From positions 32,001-96,000 of the IMG/VR virus record IMGVR_UViG_2974770163_000001: a DNA stretch of 64,000 bases; one strand, written 5' to 3'. The position numbers and the translations under genes are program-made. Under the pieces are notes generated by a model. It was not told the origin of the DNA. It made no database searches and was given only the letters and a program-made list of their open reading frames with translations. Shown one piece after another: positions 36,124 to 46,282 of the stretch. Position 1 is the stretch's first letter, and each line of letters opens with the position of its first letter. Source of the stretch: a virus. Its lineage: Duplodnaviria > Caudoviricetes.

Positions 36124-36440
36124 TTAAACGACTTAGCTGGTAGTACTAAGACTTCTGCTGGGGCATTATGGATATTTGTTACGTCTTCTAGTGTTACTGT
36201 TTCTGGCGAGTAAGACCCACTTAGCTCTTTACGAATTACCACACGTGTCCTTATTTCCCCTTCAACCGCTATGATAAACGGGGTAAACATTGGAGTAAGG
36301 ATCTTACCTGAATTCCACGCCTCTTTTATAGAGGTCTGTAATCTGCGATAAATTGAGTCAACTGCTTCAGAGTCAACGTCAATAAACTCCAGCACAGATG
36401 CTAAAGTTGTTGCTTCATCATAAGTTAGATAAAATTCCAT
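36108..36440 (-). CDS. Hypothetical protein
   Basis: Operonic ORF. Confidence 0.7.
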   Translation of the reverse strand: MEFYLTYDEATTLASVLEFIDVDSEAVDSIYRRLQTSIKEAWNSGKILTPMFTPFIIAVEGEIRTRVVIRKELSGSYSPETVTLEDVTNIHNAPAEVLVLPAKSFKWRHI

Positions 36441-36442
36441 TA

Positions 36443-36811
36443 CTAGTACCCCACATCTATCTCGTTATCAACAATACGCTTAATATCCGCAATTGCCTTA
36501 ACTTTCTGTGTTCTGTGGATATTCATATCTGCTACTAAGTTGGTAATTTCTCTACCTAGTGAGCCAATTTTATTATCAGCACTAGAACGAATATTGTCAA
36601 TTTGATTCTTAAACTCAGATTGCATTGCCTCTAGACGAGCGTCTGCCTGTTCCATAGCCTCCTTTGCTATTTTCTGATAGTCTTGATACAAGGATTCTGC
36701 CACACGTTTGTCCTTTCTAGCTTTCATAGTATTATATGATGCGTATATTGACCACACTAAACATACTAGACCAAAGATCCAAGCCCCTACCGCTACTGTA
36801 AAAGGAGTCAT
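36443..36811 (-). CDS. Membrane-anchored coiled-coil protein
   Basis: N-terminal TM segment and heptad-like region. Confidence 0.72.
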   Translation of the reverse strand: MTPFTVAVGAWIFGLVCLVWSIYASYNTMKARKDKRVAESLYQDYQKIAKEAMEQADARLEAMQSEFKNQIDNIRSSADNKIGSLGREITNLVADMNIHRTQKVKAIADIKRIVDNEIDVGY

Positions 36812-36993
36812 TATTTCTCCTTAGTCAGAGACTTAACTTTTTGCGTAAAGCGATCAATACGCTCACCAGCAAATTCGAAGCTAAACTTCCAATTCAGTTC
36901 AAACCAAGAAGAATTACCATCTTTCTTACGAGCTAAATTAGCCTTACTTCCTAGTACTAAGGTTATTGCAATAATCCATAGTAAAAATGCCAT
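36811..36993 (-). CDS. Small membrane protein
   Basis: AAGGAG RBS. Confidence 0.7.
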   Translation of the reverse strand: MAFLLWIIAITLVLGSKANLARKKDGNSSWFELNWKFSFEFAGERIDRFTQKVKSLTKEK

Positions 36994-36994
36994 A

Positions 36995-37207
36995 TTAATG
37001 TTTCTCCTTATTTAGATCTGCTAAGTATAGGTCAATCACTTTTTCTGCTGATTCTAGTGCTCGATCAGCTTCTGTTTTATAGTCTGTAAATAAAATAGTA
37101 AGCTCAATATAGTTATGTTTTAGCTTTAGATATTTACAATACAGAGATAGTGCTACTATAGTACTTAGTATGGTAATAGCACTCAGTAGAATATAGAATA
37201 TTGTCAT
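36995..37207 (-). CDS. Small membrane protein
   Basis: N-terminal TM segment. Confidence 0.65.
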   Translation of the reverse strand: MTIFYILLSAITILSTIVALSLYCKYLKLKHNYIELTILFTDYKTEADRALESAEKVIDLYLADLNKEKH

Positions 37208-37208
37208 T

Positions 37209-37502
37209 CTACTTCTTCTCTTTCAATTTGTTTTCAGCTTTACGCAGATCACGAGATAGTGCACGATTTCGTGCTTCTTCAACTTTTAGTAGTTCATACT
37301 GATTACGTTCTGCCTTACGAGCTTTATCACACTGCATAGCCATATTGCTAAGTGAACCATATAATGCGTTTAGAGCTTCGATGCTCATTTTATCAAACTG
37401 CTTACCTAAATGATCATCCAAACCTGTTAAAATTAACAGAGTGTTTACCATTTGTGCTTTGGTTAAGTTCAGTTCTTGCATGTGGTTAGGTACTGTAGCC
37501 AT
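37209..37502 (-). CDS. Conserved T5-like early protein
   Basis: First gene after an early promoter; AAGGA RBS. Confidence 0.75.
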   Translation of the reverse strand: MATVPNHMQELNLTKAQMVNTLLILTGLDDHLGKQFDKMSIEALNALYGSLSNMAMQCDKARKAERNQYELLKVEEARNRALSRDLRKAENKLKEKK

Positions 37503-37576
37503 AATTTATTTTCCTTTCTTCTCATCAATTTATAAATATATTATACAGAAAAATTGGCATTTTAGCAAATGAATTT

Positions 37577-37945
37577 TTAAGATAAAATCATTATATCTTC
37601 TAAAGCCAGAACCATCTTCTTAAAGCGCTGCATCTGTGTATCCCATGCAGGGTTCGGGTAGGAGAATTCACCTAAGTCTAGCTTAGCCATACTTTCACGA
37701 AGTGGCATTGCTGTTGCTCGCACACGTATGAGATTGTCAGTATCGATAAATACTTCTACATTGAAGTGCCCCGGCTTAGTAGGATTAGTAGCTAAAGAAT
37801 ACCAATCCTTGCATGCGGAGTGAGCATATACATCCATATCATATTCTTCGCAGATTTCTTCTACAGCCCACTTAAGCTTAACTAATGCAAGCACTTCCGG
37901 TGAAGACTCCTCTAGAAGTGCTTTTAGTTTTTCTTTATTATCCAT
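37577..37945 (-). CDS. Hypothetical protein
   Basis: GGAG RBS. Confidence 0.72.
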   Translation of the reverse strand: MDNKEKLKALLEESSPEVLALVKLKWAVEEICEEYDMDVYAHSACKDWYSLATNPTKPGHFNVEVFIDTDNLIRVRATAMPLRESMAKLDLGEFSYPNPAWDTQMQRFKKMVLALEDIMILS

Positions 37946-37947
37946 GA

Positions 37948-38751
37948 TTACTCCAAAATAGTTTGACTAACTTCATGACAGTGTGTATCTTTATCCAGCT
38001 TAACAACTAATAACTCGTTCAGAGATGGTAAAGCTACAGCATACGTACCATAGAATACACCACCAAGATCTAGATAGACCCTGTTCCCTGACACGAGTGG
38101 ATTGTCAATTACGGTGTGCCCATGGAATACCATATCTATATTTTTAACTGGGTCGAAGATTCTGCCATGAATAACATCAGTTACTAAGTCACGATCCCAA
38201 ACAAATGCTTCTAATGCTTGAGTGCCGAATGTGTGTAGAGCTTTTTCTACAAAGTTCCAGTCGTTATCAATAAATGTACCAACACCACCGTGAACTGGGA
38301 TACCTGCATGAACGATACCAAACTTCTTACCGCGATGCAGAACTGTCATTACCACTGGATGTTTAATCATTTTCATGAAAAAATCATGGTCAGTCTTATA
38401 ACGTCCACCCTCTTGGTAGATGATATTCTGTTCCATAGCCCATGAACCACCATTCATAACCCATAGGTTATATGCACTGGTAATAGGGAACAAGTCGTGA
38501 TTTCCTAATACTGTGAACCAATTTGTTTCTTCGTTGAATGCATCTACTACTTCTAAGTTTTGGTGTCCACGATCTATAAGATCCCCACAACATACAAGGT
38601 AATCCGTGCCAAAACGAAAACCTACTGAGTCTAATACTTCGTAGAGGTCATCTAATTTACCATGAATATCACCAATGACAAAAAGTTCTGATTCATCTGG
38701 AACTCTTAATGTCATGTGCATTTTAATACTTTCAAAATTGTCTAAAATCAT
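37948..38751 (-). CDS. Serine/threonine protein phosphatase (PPP family, lambda NinI-like)
   Basis: GDIHG, GDLIDRG, GNHD, HAG and GHT motifs. Confidence 0.92.
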   Translation of the reverse strand: MILDNFESIKMHMTLRVPDESELFVIGDIHGKLDDLYEVLDSVGFRFGTDYLVCCGDLIDRGHQNLEVVDAFNEETNWFTVLGNHDLFPITSAYNLWVMNGGSWAMEQNIIYQEGGRYKTDHDFFMKMIKHPVVMTVLHRGKKFGIVHAGIPVHGGVGTFIDNDWNFVEKALHTFGTQALEAFVWDRDLVTDVIHGRIFDPVKNIDMVFHGHTVIDNPLVSGNRVYLDLGGVFYGTYAVALPSLNELLVVKLDKDTHCHEVSQTILE

Positions 38752-38782
38752 AATAACCTCTAGGCGTAAAAAGCCAGCCCGA

Positions 38783-39331
38783 TTAAAGGCTGATTAATGG
38801 GTGGTGAGAAAAAAGCGTACCATCCTGTTTATTAACATGTTTTCTAACAATATCTAGATTTACTGGTCTACCGACATTATCTACAGACACATTGATATAT
38901 CTAGGGTCTTGAATAGTTTGATCATGAACATGCCCGTGAATATTAACTTTATGCCATAACTCATCTGGATGAATTGGTGCATGGCTAGCCCACATTTTGT
39001 ATGAGCGTAATTTCATTAGACCTGAGCCAAAGTCTGATACTTTCGGGTGGTTAGCCACCTCTCTAAAGTACGATTTTCCTCGTTCAAAGTCATGATTACC
39101 GCCCATGTATATGACATTAGTGCTATCTGGGATAGCCGACATTAGTCTTTCAAAGCTTTCTAGATTAAACGCGTTATCTCCTAATAGGTAGATTTTATCA
39201 CGTTTACGTATAGTCTCTGAAAGAGTGGTCAAGATATACTCATCATGCTCTGCTACTGTAGTAAACATTGGTCTATACTTTAGGATGTTTCTATGACCTA
39301 AGTGGGTATCTGACCATGCGAATACTGCCAT
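38783..39331 (-). CDS. Calcineurin-like metallophosphoesterase
   Basis: SDTHLGH, LLGD, GNHD, SHAP and HGHVH motifs. Confidence 0.9.
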   Translation of the reverse strand: MAVFAWSDTHLGHRNILKYRPMFTTVAEHDEYILTTLSETIRKRDKIYLLGDNAFNLESFERLMSAIPDSTNVIYMGGNHDFERGKSYFREVANHPKVSDFGSGLMKLRSYKMWASHAPIHPDELWHKVNIHGHVHDQTIQDPRYINVSVDNVGRPVNLDIVRKHVNKQDGTLFSHHPLISL

Positions 39332-39333
39332 CT

Positions 39334-39486
39334 TTACTCTCCTAAGTCTCTCAATTCCAATTCATCGTATACTTGCAGTACAGCAGCTTCGGTTGGCTCA
39401 TTCAACCCCCAGTCACCTGTAGTACCATCTAGGTAGCCCATCTCGTAAAAATACTCAATAAGTCGTAATACTTGCTGAATATTCAT
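39334..39486 (-). CDS. Small hypothetical protein (50 aa, MNIQQVLRLIEYF...)
   Basis: AGGAG RBS; fills the operon gap. Confidence 0.6.
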   Translation of the reverse strand: MNIQQVLRLIEYFYEMGYLDGTTGDWGLNEPTEAAVLQVYDELELRDLGE

Positions 39487-39488
39487 AT

Positions 39489-39923
39489 TTATTCTCCTGC
39501 TCTAATTTTCATTAAGCCTTCGATTAATAATTTCATATTAGCAACCGTTAGCTGTTCAATTCCGTCCTCTTTAACACCAATCATTTCAACTAAAGTCTCT
39601 ATGTATGGTCGTTTTAGTCTACCCTCCGGACAATCCATAGCGCATATCTTTTTTGTTTTAATTGCTTCTATGATACATTCCAGTGCTTCTAAGTTTGCTT
39701 TTGATACGTCTAGATCTACGCCCAGATCGTTAGCAATTTGTTTTGATATATCTTTCTTTGTCACTCGTTTTTTAGTCGAAGTTGCTGAGTATGAGTTAAG
39801 AGCCAATTTATCCAACTTAGCTTCAAGTTGTGCTCTACCCTCGTCTGTACGCATTTTTTGTTTCAGCTCACCCTCTGTCATATTAAAGGATTTAGCCATT
39901 TGAGAATAGTAGCGATCTGACAT
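39489..39923 (-). CDS. Conserved T5-like early protein
   Basis: MSDRYYSQMA start after GAGGGG; GRLKRPYIE motif. Confidence 0.78.
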   Translation of the reverse strand: MSDRYYSQMAKSFNMTEGELKQKMRTDEGRAQLEAKLDKLALNSYSATSTKKRVTKKDISKQIANDLGVDLDVSKANLEALECIIEAIKTKKICAMDCPEGRLKRPYIETLVEMIGVKEDGIEQLTVANMKLLIEGLMKIRAGE

Positions 39924-40001
39924 AATAAAAAAACCCCTCATTTCCGATTTATGATATTATTATATCAAAGAAATGAGGGGTTTGGCAAGTGATTTTATAA
40001 A

Positions 40002-40427
40002 TTATTCACTATCTAGAAGTTCAATATGTGGGGCGTCTAGGAACTTCGCAGGTTTATCGTTAGGATTAGAAGTCCAGGTATACCCAAATTTAATTCCAAT
40101 CCCAAGTTCTGCTGCTACATTCATGATATGAGTTAGAATAGGTAACCACAATTCAGGGCGTTTACCCCAGTCCTGAGGTAGCTTAGTAGGGTAGATATCA
40201 ACTGCACGTGCGTACCCATCTTTCTTACTAGCTAAGTGTTTAGACCCATCTATAGTCCTAGAAACACCTTTACGGTAATTCTCTAATTGTTGCTCTCTAG
40301 AACGTAAGCCTTCCTGGATACGGAAGTCACGTGGCGAGTCAACAATTGATGCTTCCATTAGTTTAACTAATTTAGGGTTTACACCCTCCAGCATCTTCTT
40401 ACTCTGTGTCCCAAAATAGAATGCCAT
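40002..40427 (-). CDS. lys: Endolysin, L-alanyl-D-glutamate peptidase (M15 family)
   Basis: EGLRS.EQQ, SKHL...AVD and DAPHIEL motifs. Confidence 0.93.
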   Translation of the reverse strand: MAFYFGTQSKKMLEGVNPKLVKLMEASIVDSPRDFRIQEGLRSREQQLENYRKGVSRTIDGSKHLASKKDGYARAVDIYPTKLPQDWGKRPELWLPILTHIMNVAAELGIGIKFGYTWTSNPNDKPAKFLDAPHIELLDSE

Positions 40428-41095
40428 TATATAGATCTCCCTAAGTACCTAGATGCAGAGTTACATATCTTTCCTAGGTATTCTTCATAATTAAGAAGTG
40501 ACTGCGTATCCTCGATTTTCACTGGTAGTTCGTTCCATGCAATACCAATGTAACCAGAGTATATATTGTTTAAGTTGAAGAACGGGCAAGTATATACAAA
40601 ATCAAAGTTTTGATTCCTGAATGTAGGAATGTTTCTCCCTTTGAAGTATTCACTTTCCATGTCCCACCTGACCGCTAAATTCTCTCCGGCTAATTGTGTG
40701 GAATAAAGTTCAGAAGACTTATCCACCGGTTTTGGCTCATAATCTATTTTTTCTAGTGGCATTTTTCCTTCCCAAACAAGTACACGTTGGTAGTCGTTAA
40801 CTGCTTCTGGTTCATACTTCATAACGAATACCGCGTCTGCTTGAGTCTGTAGAAATAGAGCCATTGCCTTCTCTCTTGCTACAGCTGGAAACCTATCTTC
40901 TCTCTGCACTTGTATCTCTCTAAGTACAGAGGTGGTAGACAATGATTGTCCCCACTGTATCAAAGCTGGAAAATGCATAACTAATAAATATAGACAAACT
41001 GCAATAAACACTGATACTACGTTTGCCAATAATGCGCCAGGGCTTTTGCCGAAGTTAGCGAAGATTACTCCTAAAAGTTTTAAAAAGTTTTCCAC
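40427..41095 (-). CDS. Holin (T5/T4 T-like, single TM segment plus periplasmic domain)
   Basis: GTG start after GGAGG; TM segment; CPFFNLNNIYSGYIG; adjacent to the endolysin. Confidence 0.88.
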   Translation of the reverse strand: MENFLKLLGVIFANFGKSPGALLANVVSVFIAVCLYLLVMHFPALIQWGQSLSTTSVLREIQVQREDRFPAVAREKAMALFLQTQADAVFVMKYEPEAVNDYQRVLVWEGKMPLEKIDYEPKPVDKSSELYSTQLAGENLAVRWDMESEYFKGRNIPTFRNQNFDFVYTCPFFNLNNIYSGYIGIAWNELPVKIEDTQSLLNYEEYLGKICNSASRYLGRSI

Positions 41096-41120
41096 ACGAA
41101 TATCCTCCTAGCTAATAACT

Positions 41121-41149
41121 ATTATACTACACCTCCGTGTATTTTGCAA
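41121..41149 (-). promoter_or_regulatory. Late-type promoter of the lysis genes
   Basis: TTGCAA-N17-TATAAT followed by AGTT. Confidence 0.78.
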
Positions 41150-41213
41150 GAAGTATTTGAAATTCGAGTAGGCATAGGTTGAATAAAATGTCAAGTAAAG
41201 AATTCAAAACAAG

Positions 41214-41245
41214 AAAAAGCCCATCAGCAAAAACTGATGGGCTTT
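41214..41245 (-). terminator. Intrinsic terminator
   Basis: GCCCATCAG...CTGATGGGC plus T-tract. Confidence 0.8.
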
Positions 41246-41252
41246 AATTACA

Positions 41253-41957
41253 TTAGGCAGGTGTGAAAGTAAATTTAATGTCCCCTGCACCCTGGTCAAC
41301 ATTAACTGATGCACCAGGATTTCGCTCGGCTATTGCAGCCTCGATAGCCGCTTTTTGAGCATCCAGGATTTCTAACTCCATCTGCTTCTCAGCCAACATA
41401 CGCTGTTCGTGCAGAGCACCTAAGCGGTTAGTTAAATCTTCACCTTGGAACCACAAATCTTTACCATGCTCGATCATATCGTACAACTCCTCTTCTGTAC
41501 AGAAGTGGGTAGCAAGGTCACGTAGGAACGTATTGATTTGGACAGTGTCTGCTTCAACACTTTGACGAATCTCTGGAGCCTTACCAAATACACCACCACG
41601 GTATGTGTGTAACATAACGCGAGAAGTCGGATAAGTATACCAAGAATCACATGCTAAAGCAATCATACCTTGAGCGGATAGGGCATCACCTAAGATATGT
41701 GCTTCTACCAGAGCATCGCAAGACTGAATCAGGTTACACAGCTGAACTGCTGTTGTTAAGTAGCCACCAGGTCCGTTGATCATCAGGCGGATAGTATCCT
41801 GTTCTGGTGCTGTCATGAGCAAGAGTGATAGATCACGGTACTGTGAGGCTTCCTCAATATTCGTATCCAAGAAATATGTGTGTACATTACCTAAAGATGC
41901 AGGCTGTGTCAACATGTGAGTTGATGCAGGTAATTGATCTAATTTTTCTTCGCTCAT
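41253..41957 (-). CDS. ClpP-like protease
   Basis: INGPGG, ALSAQGMI (Ser) and VMLH (His) motifs. Confidence 0.85.
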   Translation of the reverse strand: MSEEKLDQLPASTHMLTQPASLGNVHTYFLDTNIEEASQYRDLSLLLMTAPEQDTIRLMINGPGGYLTTAVQLCNLIQSCDALVEAHILGDALSAQGMIALACDSWYTYPTSRVMLHTYRGGVFGKAPEIRQSVEADTVQINTFLRDLATHFCTEEELYDMIEHGKDLWFQGEDLTNRLGALHEQRMLAEKQMELEILDAQKAAIEAAIAERNPGASVNVDQGAGDIKFTFTPA

Positions 41958-41968
41958 AAAATCCCCTA

Positions 41969-42673
41969 TTAAGAACCATACATAGCTTCACGAATTAGCT
42001 CCGTGAAAGTTTCATCGTAATTATTTGTGATAGAAAAGTCTACCTCAAAAGTGTGTGACGCAGATGGGTGGGTACTCTGGATAGCATAATCATCCTTAGT
42101 GGCAACTATACCCCAACGTGTTCCACCAGCTTCTTTTACCCAATCATGTTCATTAGGGAATCGTACATCTGTAATAATAACGCCTTTTTCTGACTTAGCA
42201 TACTTAGCAGCTACTAAGTCTAGCCAAATGCCCTCTGAAAACCTTACTCTCCCTAATTCCGTTCCTAGATGTTCCAATATTTTACGTGGTGATATACGGT
42301 AAGCTGCTACCATATCATCACGTTCATTTAGGGCTATTGGTGCACGATATTGAGCTAAGTCAAACGTTAACCATTCAACTAACTCAGTTCTGGCATCTAT
42401 ATAGTCTAGATCTAGCATTTTAAGGATGTTTTCTGTATACTCAACTGCTTTGATAAGGTTTTCGTTATCCACTTGGAGAAAGAAAAACTTCTCTTTAGTA
42501 GGGCGATTGCCAAGTTCTTCTGCTGTCACGCCAAATATTAGTCCAGCTAAGGTATATACTGGTTCTGCAAACGAGACGATTTCCACGTCTAATTGCTGAG
42601 CTACAAAATGAGCAGCAAAGTCTTTACCAGACCCTGCTGCCCCACTCAGACCTATTAAAGTCTTACTTGTCAT
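41969..42673 (-). CDS. dnk: Deoxynucleoside monophosphate kinase
   Basis: GAAGSGKD P-loop, SFAEP, SPRKILEHLGTE and ITDVRFPNE motifs. Confidence 0.92.
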   Translation of the reverse strand: MTSKTLIGLSGAAGSGKDFAAHFVAQQLDVEIVSFAEPVYTLAGLIFGVTAEELGNRPTKEKFFFLQVDNENLIKAVEYTENILKMLDLDYIDARTELVEWLTFDLAQYRAPIALNERDDMVAAYRISPRKILEHLGTELGRVRFSEGIWLDLVAAKYAKSEKGVIITDVRFPNEHDWVKEAGGTRWGIVATKDDYAIQSTHPSASHTFEVDFSITNNYDETFTELIREAMYGS

Positions 42674-42989
42674 TTAGTTTAGAACACCTTGTTTCGTCAT
42701 ATTGATAATAGCAAACCATTGCCATAAGGTCTCGAACAAATCGTTCCTTAGAAACTTGACCTTTGGAATAGTTCAGATAGTCTTTCAATGTAACCATAGC
42801 CCAGACTTCCCCATTGATGTTCTCAAATTTAAAGCTAGGCATAGTATAAGGTTGTACTGGTGCAGGCCACGGTATAGGTGGCTTCTGTACTTCTACTACA
42901 GGGTTAGGCAACGGTTCAGACAGCTTAGAAGTACACCCTACTATTGTGCTGGAGAGGATGAGCAATAATCCGTATTTCCAGTTAGACAT
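42663..42989 (-). CDS. o-spanin lipoprotein (Rz1-like)
   Basis: IVGC lipobox, Pro-rich, C-terminal cysteines; overlaps the i-spanin. Confidence 0.8.
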   Translation of the reverse strand: MSNWKYGLLLILSSTIVGCTSKLSEPLPNPVVEVQKPPIPWPAPVQPYTMPSFKFENINGEVWAMVTLKDYLNYSKGQVSKERFVRDLMAMVCYYQYDETRCSKLNDK

Positions 42990-43393
42990 GAGAAGTTCTC
43001 CTCGTTTTCCTTGATAGCTTTTTTAGCTTTAAGGGTTGTTAACCCAGGCTTAGCTTCAAATGTACTTGCACGTGAAGCTGCTTTCTCTAGAGCTGCTATT
43101 CTAGCCTCAGATATGTTAAGATTTCTATTGATAGTAGAATAATGAGCATCTAACCTCTTATTGTTCTCTTCCATCTGTAACCTAAGATTATTCATGCTCT
43201 TTCGTATATCATTGTACGAGGCTGCATATATGTCATTAGTGTTAGAGATGATTTCAATAGTCTTTTCTTGGGTATAGATCATCCTGATCCCTGACAAAAT
43301 CAATAGTATTAATATTAAAATTGTCGCCCAATTAGCCGAAATAATACTGAAAAACCCCGCAGTTTTCGACAGTTGTTTAACTCCTTGTTCCAT
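42941..43393 (-). CDS. i-spanin (Rz-like)
   Basis: N-terminal TM segment, coiled coil, AKPGL motif, C-terminal cysteines. Confidence 0.8.
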   Translation of the reverse strand: MEQGVKQLSKTAGFFSIISANWATILILILLILSGIRMIYTQEKTIEIISNTNDIYAASYNDIRKSMNNLRLQMEENNKRLDAHYSTINRNLNISEARIAALEKAASRASTFEAKPGLTTLKAKKAIKENEENFSCLTGNTDYCSSSPAQ

Positions 43394-43778
43394 TTAGTAG
43401 TTTACCTCGATTTTGAAGAAATGTTTCAATTTCTTGATGCATCCTATATGGATTGCTTTCAATTTTAGAGATACCCTGTACTATCATAGTGGAAGGATTT
43501 ACAAGTACTAATGACCCCCCTCTATCAGCCGGTACTGCTAGCAAAAGAGGCTCATCTTCTTTTTTCTTAAATACACTCATTGTGTCTATACCTACTACGG
43601 GTATTACCAGTTCCCCGCTTATAGCGTATACTTTGCCGACATAGTATATAAGGGCGTCTAGAGTCTCTGGTATTTTGTAATCATCAAAGTACGTTGATTG
43701 TCTACGTTCCCAAACAAACTCTTTATCCATTGAGTGTTGTAAATCATAAGAGTCTATGTAACTAGACTTAATTTCCAT
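43377..43778 (-). CDS. Hypothetical protein
   Basis: AGGAG RBS. Confidence 0.7.
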   Translation of the reverse strand: MEIKSSYIDSYDLQHSMDKEFVWERRQSTYFDDYKIPETLDALIYYVGKVYAISGELVIPVVGIDTMSVFKKKEDEPLLLAVPADRGGSLVLVNPSTMIVQGISKIESNPYRMHQEIETFLQNRGKLLNGTRS

Positions 43779-44064
43779 TGTTTAAGCTCCTAACTATATC
43801 TCTCGCTATGGTGTCTGCCCAGACTCCAAAGGGTGATAGTAGGGCGGACACTATTACAAATGTTAGTGGTATGGGTAGTAAGTGGGACTTACTTTTAACA
43901 CCTAATCTGCGTAAGTGCGGGTTAACTGAGATTGATTTCATATTCCTTATAGCAGTGAAAGCTAGGTAAAACCCAGTTACACACCATAGTAAAATAATTA
44001 TTAGTAATAACATTATTCCTCCTACTATCTTGACTAGTATAACACACTTAGTCATAGATTGCAA
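43768..44064 (-). CDS. Membrane protein (likely start MLLLII)
   Basis: GGAGG RBS; 2 TM segments. Confidence 0.65.
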   Translation of the reverse strand: MQSMTKCVILVKIVGGIMLLLIIILLWCVTGFYLAFTAIRNMKSISVNPHLRRLGVKSKSHLLPIPLTFVIVSALLSPFGVWADTIARDIVRSLNNGN

Positions 44065-44072
44065 GCTAATAT

Positions 44073-44411
44073 TTAAAAATCTTCTAGGCTACTGGCTAGG
44101 TCATTCCAAAAGTCGGTTTTAAGTTTTTTCTTACGTGCTTCTAGCTCTTTCTCTTGGGAGAACATTTTAATCGACATATTAACGCTATCAGGATCTAGAA
44201 TCTTATATTTAATTCCCATATCTAAGTCGTCCATTAACCCTTTAACACGCGACACTCCACATTTAGCTAGTTTACCCTTTGCCCCTACTGGTACTAGTAT
44301 TTCATCCCCACGTTTTAATGGAAGTTTTGATGGGTCATACAGGTACGCGTACTCTTTACCTAGTGAGCCAGGCTGATATCTGACATGAACAACATAAAGA
44401 TCTGCTTTCAT
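44073..44411 (-). CDS. Hypothetical protein (SH3-like)
   Basis: KEYAY...LKRGDEILVP; GAGGA RBS after an early promoter. Confidence 0.72.
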   Translation of the reverse strand: MKADLYVVHVRYQPGSLGKEYAYLYDPSKLPLKRGDEILVPVGAKGKLAKCGVSRVKGLMDDLDMGIKYKILDPDSVNMSIKMFSQEKELEARKKKLKTDFWNDLASSLEDF

Positions 44412-44593
44412 TATAAAATCCTCAATATCTATTTAATATAAACATTATATCAAAATTGAATCAATTATGCAAGTGAATTTTCAATTAAATAACTTAATCC
44501 TGCGCCCTGGCGGCTATTCAATATCCTAGCTCAAATTGTTACATGCGTATATACAAAAATACCCAGAGCACTTTCGTACACTGGGTATGGTTA

Positions 44594-45085
44594 CTATAGG
44601 CTCTCAGTGAATGTTCTAGCAACCACATCAGCTTGTTGTTCTGGTGTTAGCGCATTAAATCTCACCGCATACCCCGATACTCGAATTGTTAAGTTAGGGT
44701 ATTTGTCAGGGTTCTTAATTGCATCTTCTAACATCTCACGTTGTAAGACGTTAACGTTTAAGTGCTGACCTCCCTCGATTCTAATAGTTGGGGTTTGCTC
44801 AAGTTCAGAACCTACCTGCTCAACAGAAATAAATTCTGCAATGTTTCGAGTGAACAATTCCTCTGGCACGCTTCGTGCTGCTTGGGCTACTTCATCGAAC
44901 TTCTCTTGAGTCATTATAGAACCAGTAGGCACAAAGTCTTCATTAGTTGAAACTATAACTTTATTCCCTACTAGATCTACAGTGCTAGTATCTTGGTCGA
45001 TTGGACACACCATAATAAAAGATACTACGGTAGGGATAGTAATGACCGCACCAACCATATTTGTTAGAACTGTTATTTCTCCCAC
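44594..45085 (-). CDS. grcA: Autonomous glycyl radical cofactor (GrcA/YfiD-like)
   Basis: [10 protein letters not shown]...[39 protein letters not shown]; start placed at GTG after AAGGA. Confidence 0.92.
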   Translation of the reverse strand: MGEITVLTNMVGAVITIPTVVSFIMVCPIDQDTSTVDLVGNKVIVSTNEDFVPTGSIMTQEKFDEVAQAARSVPEELFTRNIAEFISVEQVGSELEQTPTIRIEGGQHLNVNVLQREMLEDAIKNPDKYPNLTIRVSGYAVRFNALTPEQQADVVARTFTESL

Positions 45086-45095
45086 TAGACGTTCC

Positions 45096-45350
45096 TTATT
45101 GAATTTGTGACACAAGTTCCACAACTTCTGCTGTAATTAGTAGTCGTGTAAGATCACTAATTTCTTTTGCTACTCCTTGTTCGCCAGATGCATCAACTTC
45201 CGCACACTTAGCGAACTCTGCCTTTAAAGGAGCTACTGCGTCTTCTGCAAACTTAGAAGCAATTGCTACTATTTCAGGATCAGTCAATGCTTTGGCTGTA
45301 GCCAAAAGACCACGTAACATAACTAATTGTGGATTAAGTTGGTTAGACAT
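45096..45350 (-). CDS. Hypothetical protein
   Basis: MSNQLNP start. Confidence 0.7.
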   Translation of the reverse strand: MSNQLNPQLVMLRGLLATAKALTDPEIVAIASKFAEDAVAPLKAEFAKCAEVDASGEQGVAKEISDLTRLLITAEVVELVSQIQ

Positions 45351-45351
45351 A

Positions 45352-45708
45352 TTATTCGCCTTCTTTAGTTGGTTTAACATCGAATAAATCACGAGCATAG
45401 ATACTAGTGTTAGGATCGTCGGATGTAAATACTGTAATCATTGGATAATCTTCTGGAATCTGCTCGGGAACTGCATCATGTAAATAAGCGGTTGCAATAC
45501 CAGCTAGGCTTTCTGTAATTTCACCATGGAATACATACTTAACCATATCTTCGTATGTTAAGTTATACTGACCAAACGCAATGAATGCTAGGTCTAATGC
45601 TACTTTCTCTACTAAGAAAGACTCTAAATCATCTTCTCCATCCCAAAAGGATTCAAAGGCTTGGTGACGGATAATTTTCAAAAAGGATTCAGTTAGACGT
45701 TCGTTCAT
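45352..45708 (-). CDS. Hypothetical protein
   Basis: GGAG RBS. Confidence 0.72.
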   Translation of the reverse strand: MNERLTESFLKIIRHQAFESFWDGEDDLESFLVEKVALDLAFIAFGQYNLTYEDMVKYVFHGEITESLAGIATAYLHDAVPEQIPEDYPMITVFTSDDPNTSIYARDLFDVKPTKEGE

Positions 45709-45710
45709 TA

Positions 45711-46268
45711 TTACTCCGCGTATTGTGACGATAACGAGATCGTGATTAGATTTTGTGGATGAATTCTAGGATTAATTATAGTTAAAATATTCACTAACGG
45801 TTGTAGCCCAGTGGGTTCATCTATAATAAGTAATACCTCTTCGTATTGTGCCCCCGCTAATTCAGTAGCTAATACGTGTGGGTTTTCTGAGCTATCACAT
45901 GTTACTATAACTTTAGTAAATATGTAATGATCTCTAGATCCTAGTCGGGTTTTACGAAGTATTTCTTCTTTTTCCACCATACTACGAACCGCAAATATAA
46001 CTAACTTGGTACGTTTAGGTTCAAAATTGTTGTCTAGGTCTACCAGAGATTTTGGAACTTGTAGTGCCCAAGTATGGGCTGCATCGCGTAAAATCTGAGA
46101 TTTACCAATACCACGTGGGACTGTGTAGTTGTGGTACTGAGATCCTGGGAGTGCAGTTGCTGCAAGCACAGCAGTTCTAATAGCTAGCTGAACTTCTTGT
46201 GCTGCTTTTAATTCCTCTGAAGCCTTCGCAACTTCCCGTTCAAGTACTGCAATAGGTTTTTTGACCAT
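45711..46268 (-). CDS. Small P-loop NTPase-like protein
   Basis: PRGIGKS and LLIIDEP motifs. Confidence 0.6.
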   Translation of the reverse strand: MVKKPIAVLEREVAKASEELKAAQEVQLAIRTAVLAATALPGSQYHNYTVPRGIGKSQILRDAAHTWALQVPKSLVDLDNNFEPKRTKLVIFAVRSMVEKEEILRKTRLGSRDHYIFTKVIVTCDSSENPHVLATELAGAQYEEVLLIIDEPTGLQPLVNILTIINPRIHPQNLITISLSSQYAE

Positions 46269-46282
46269 AAAATCCTCAAATG

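Noticed and set aside
44499-44515. T5-type single-strand nick site (GCGCAGG)
   Set aside because: A match lies here on the minus strand and another at 27421 on the plus strand; T5 nicks are strand-specific and a 7-mer is too short to call without experimental data.
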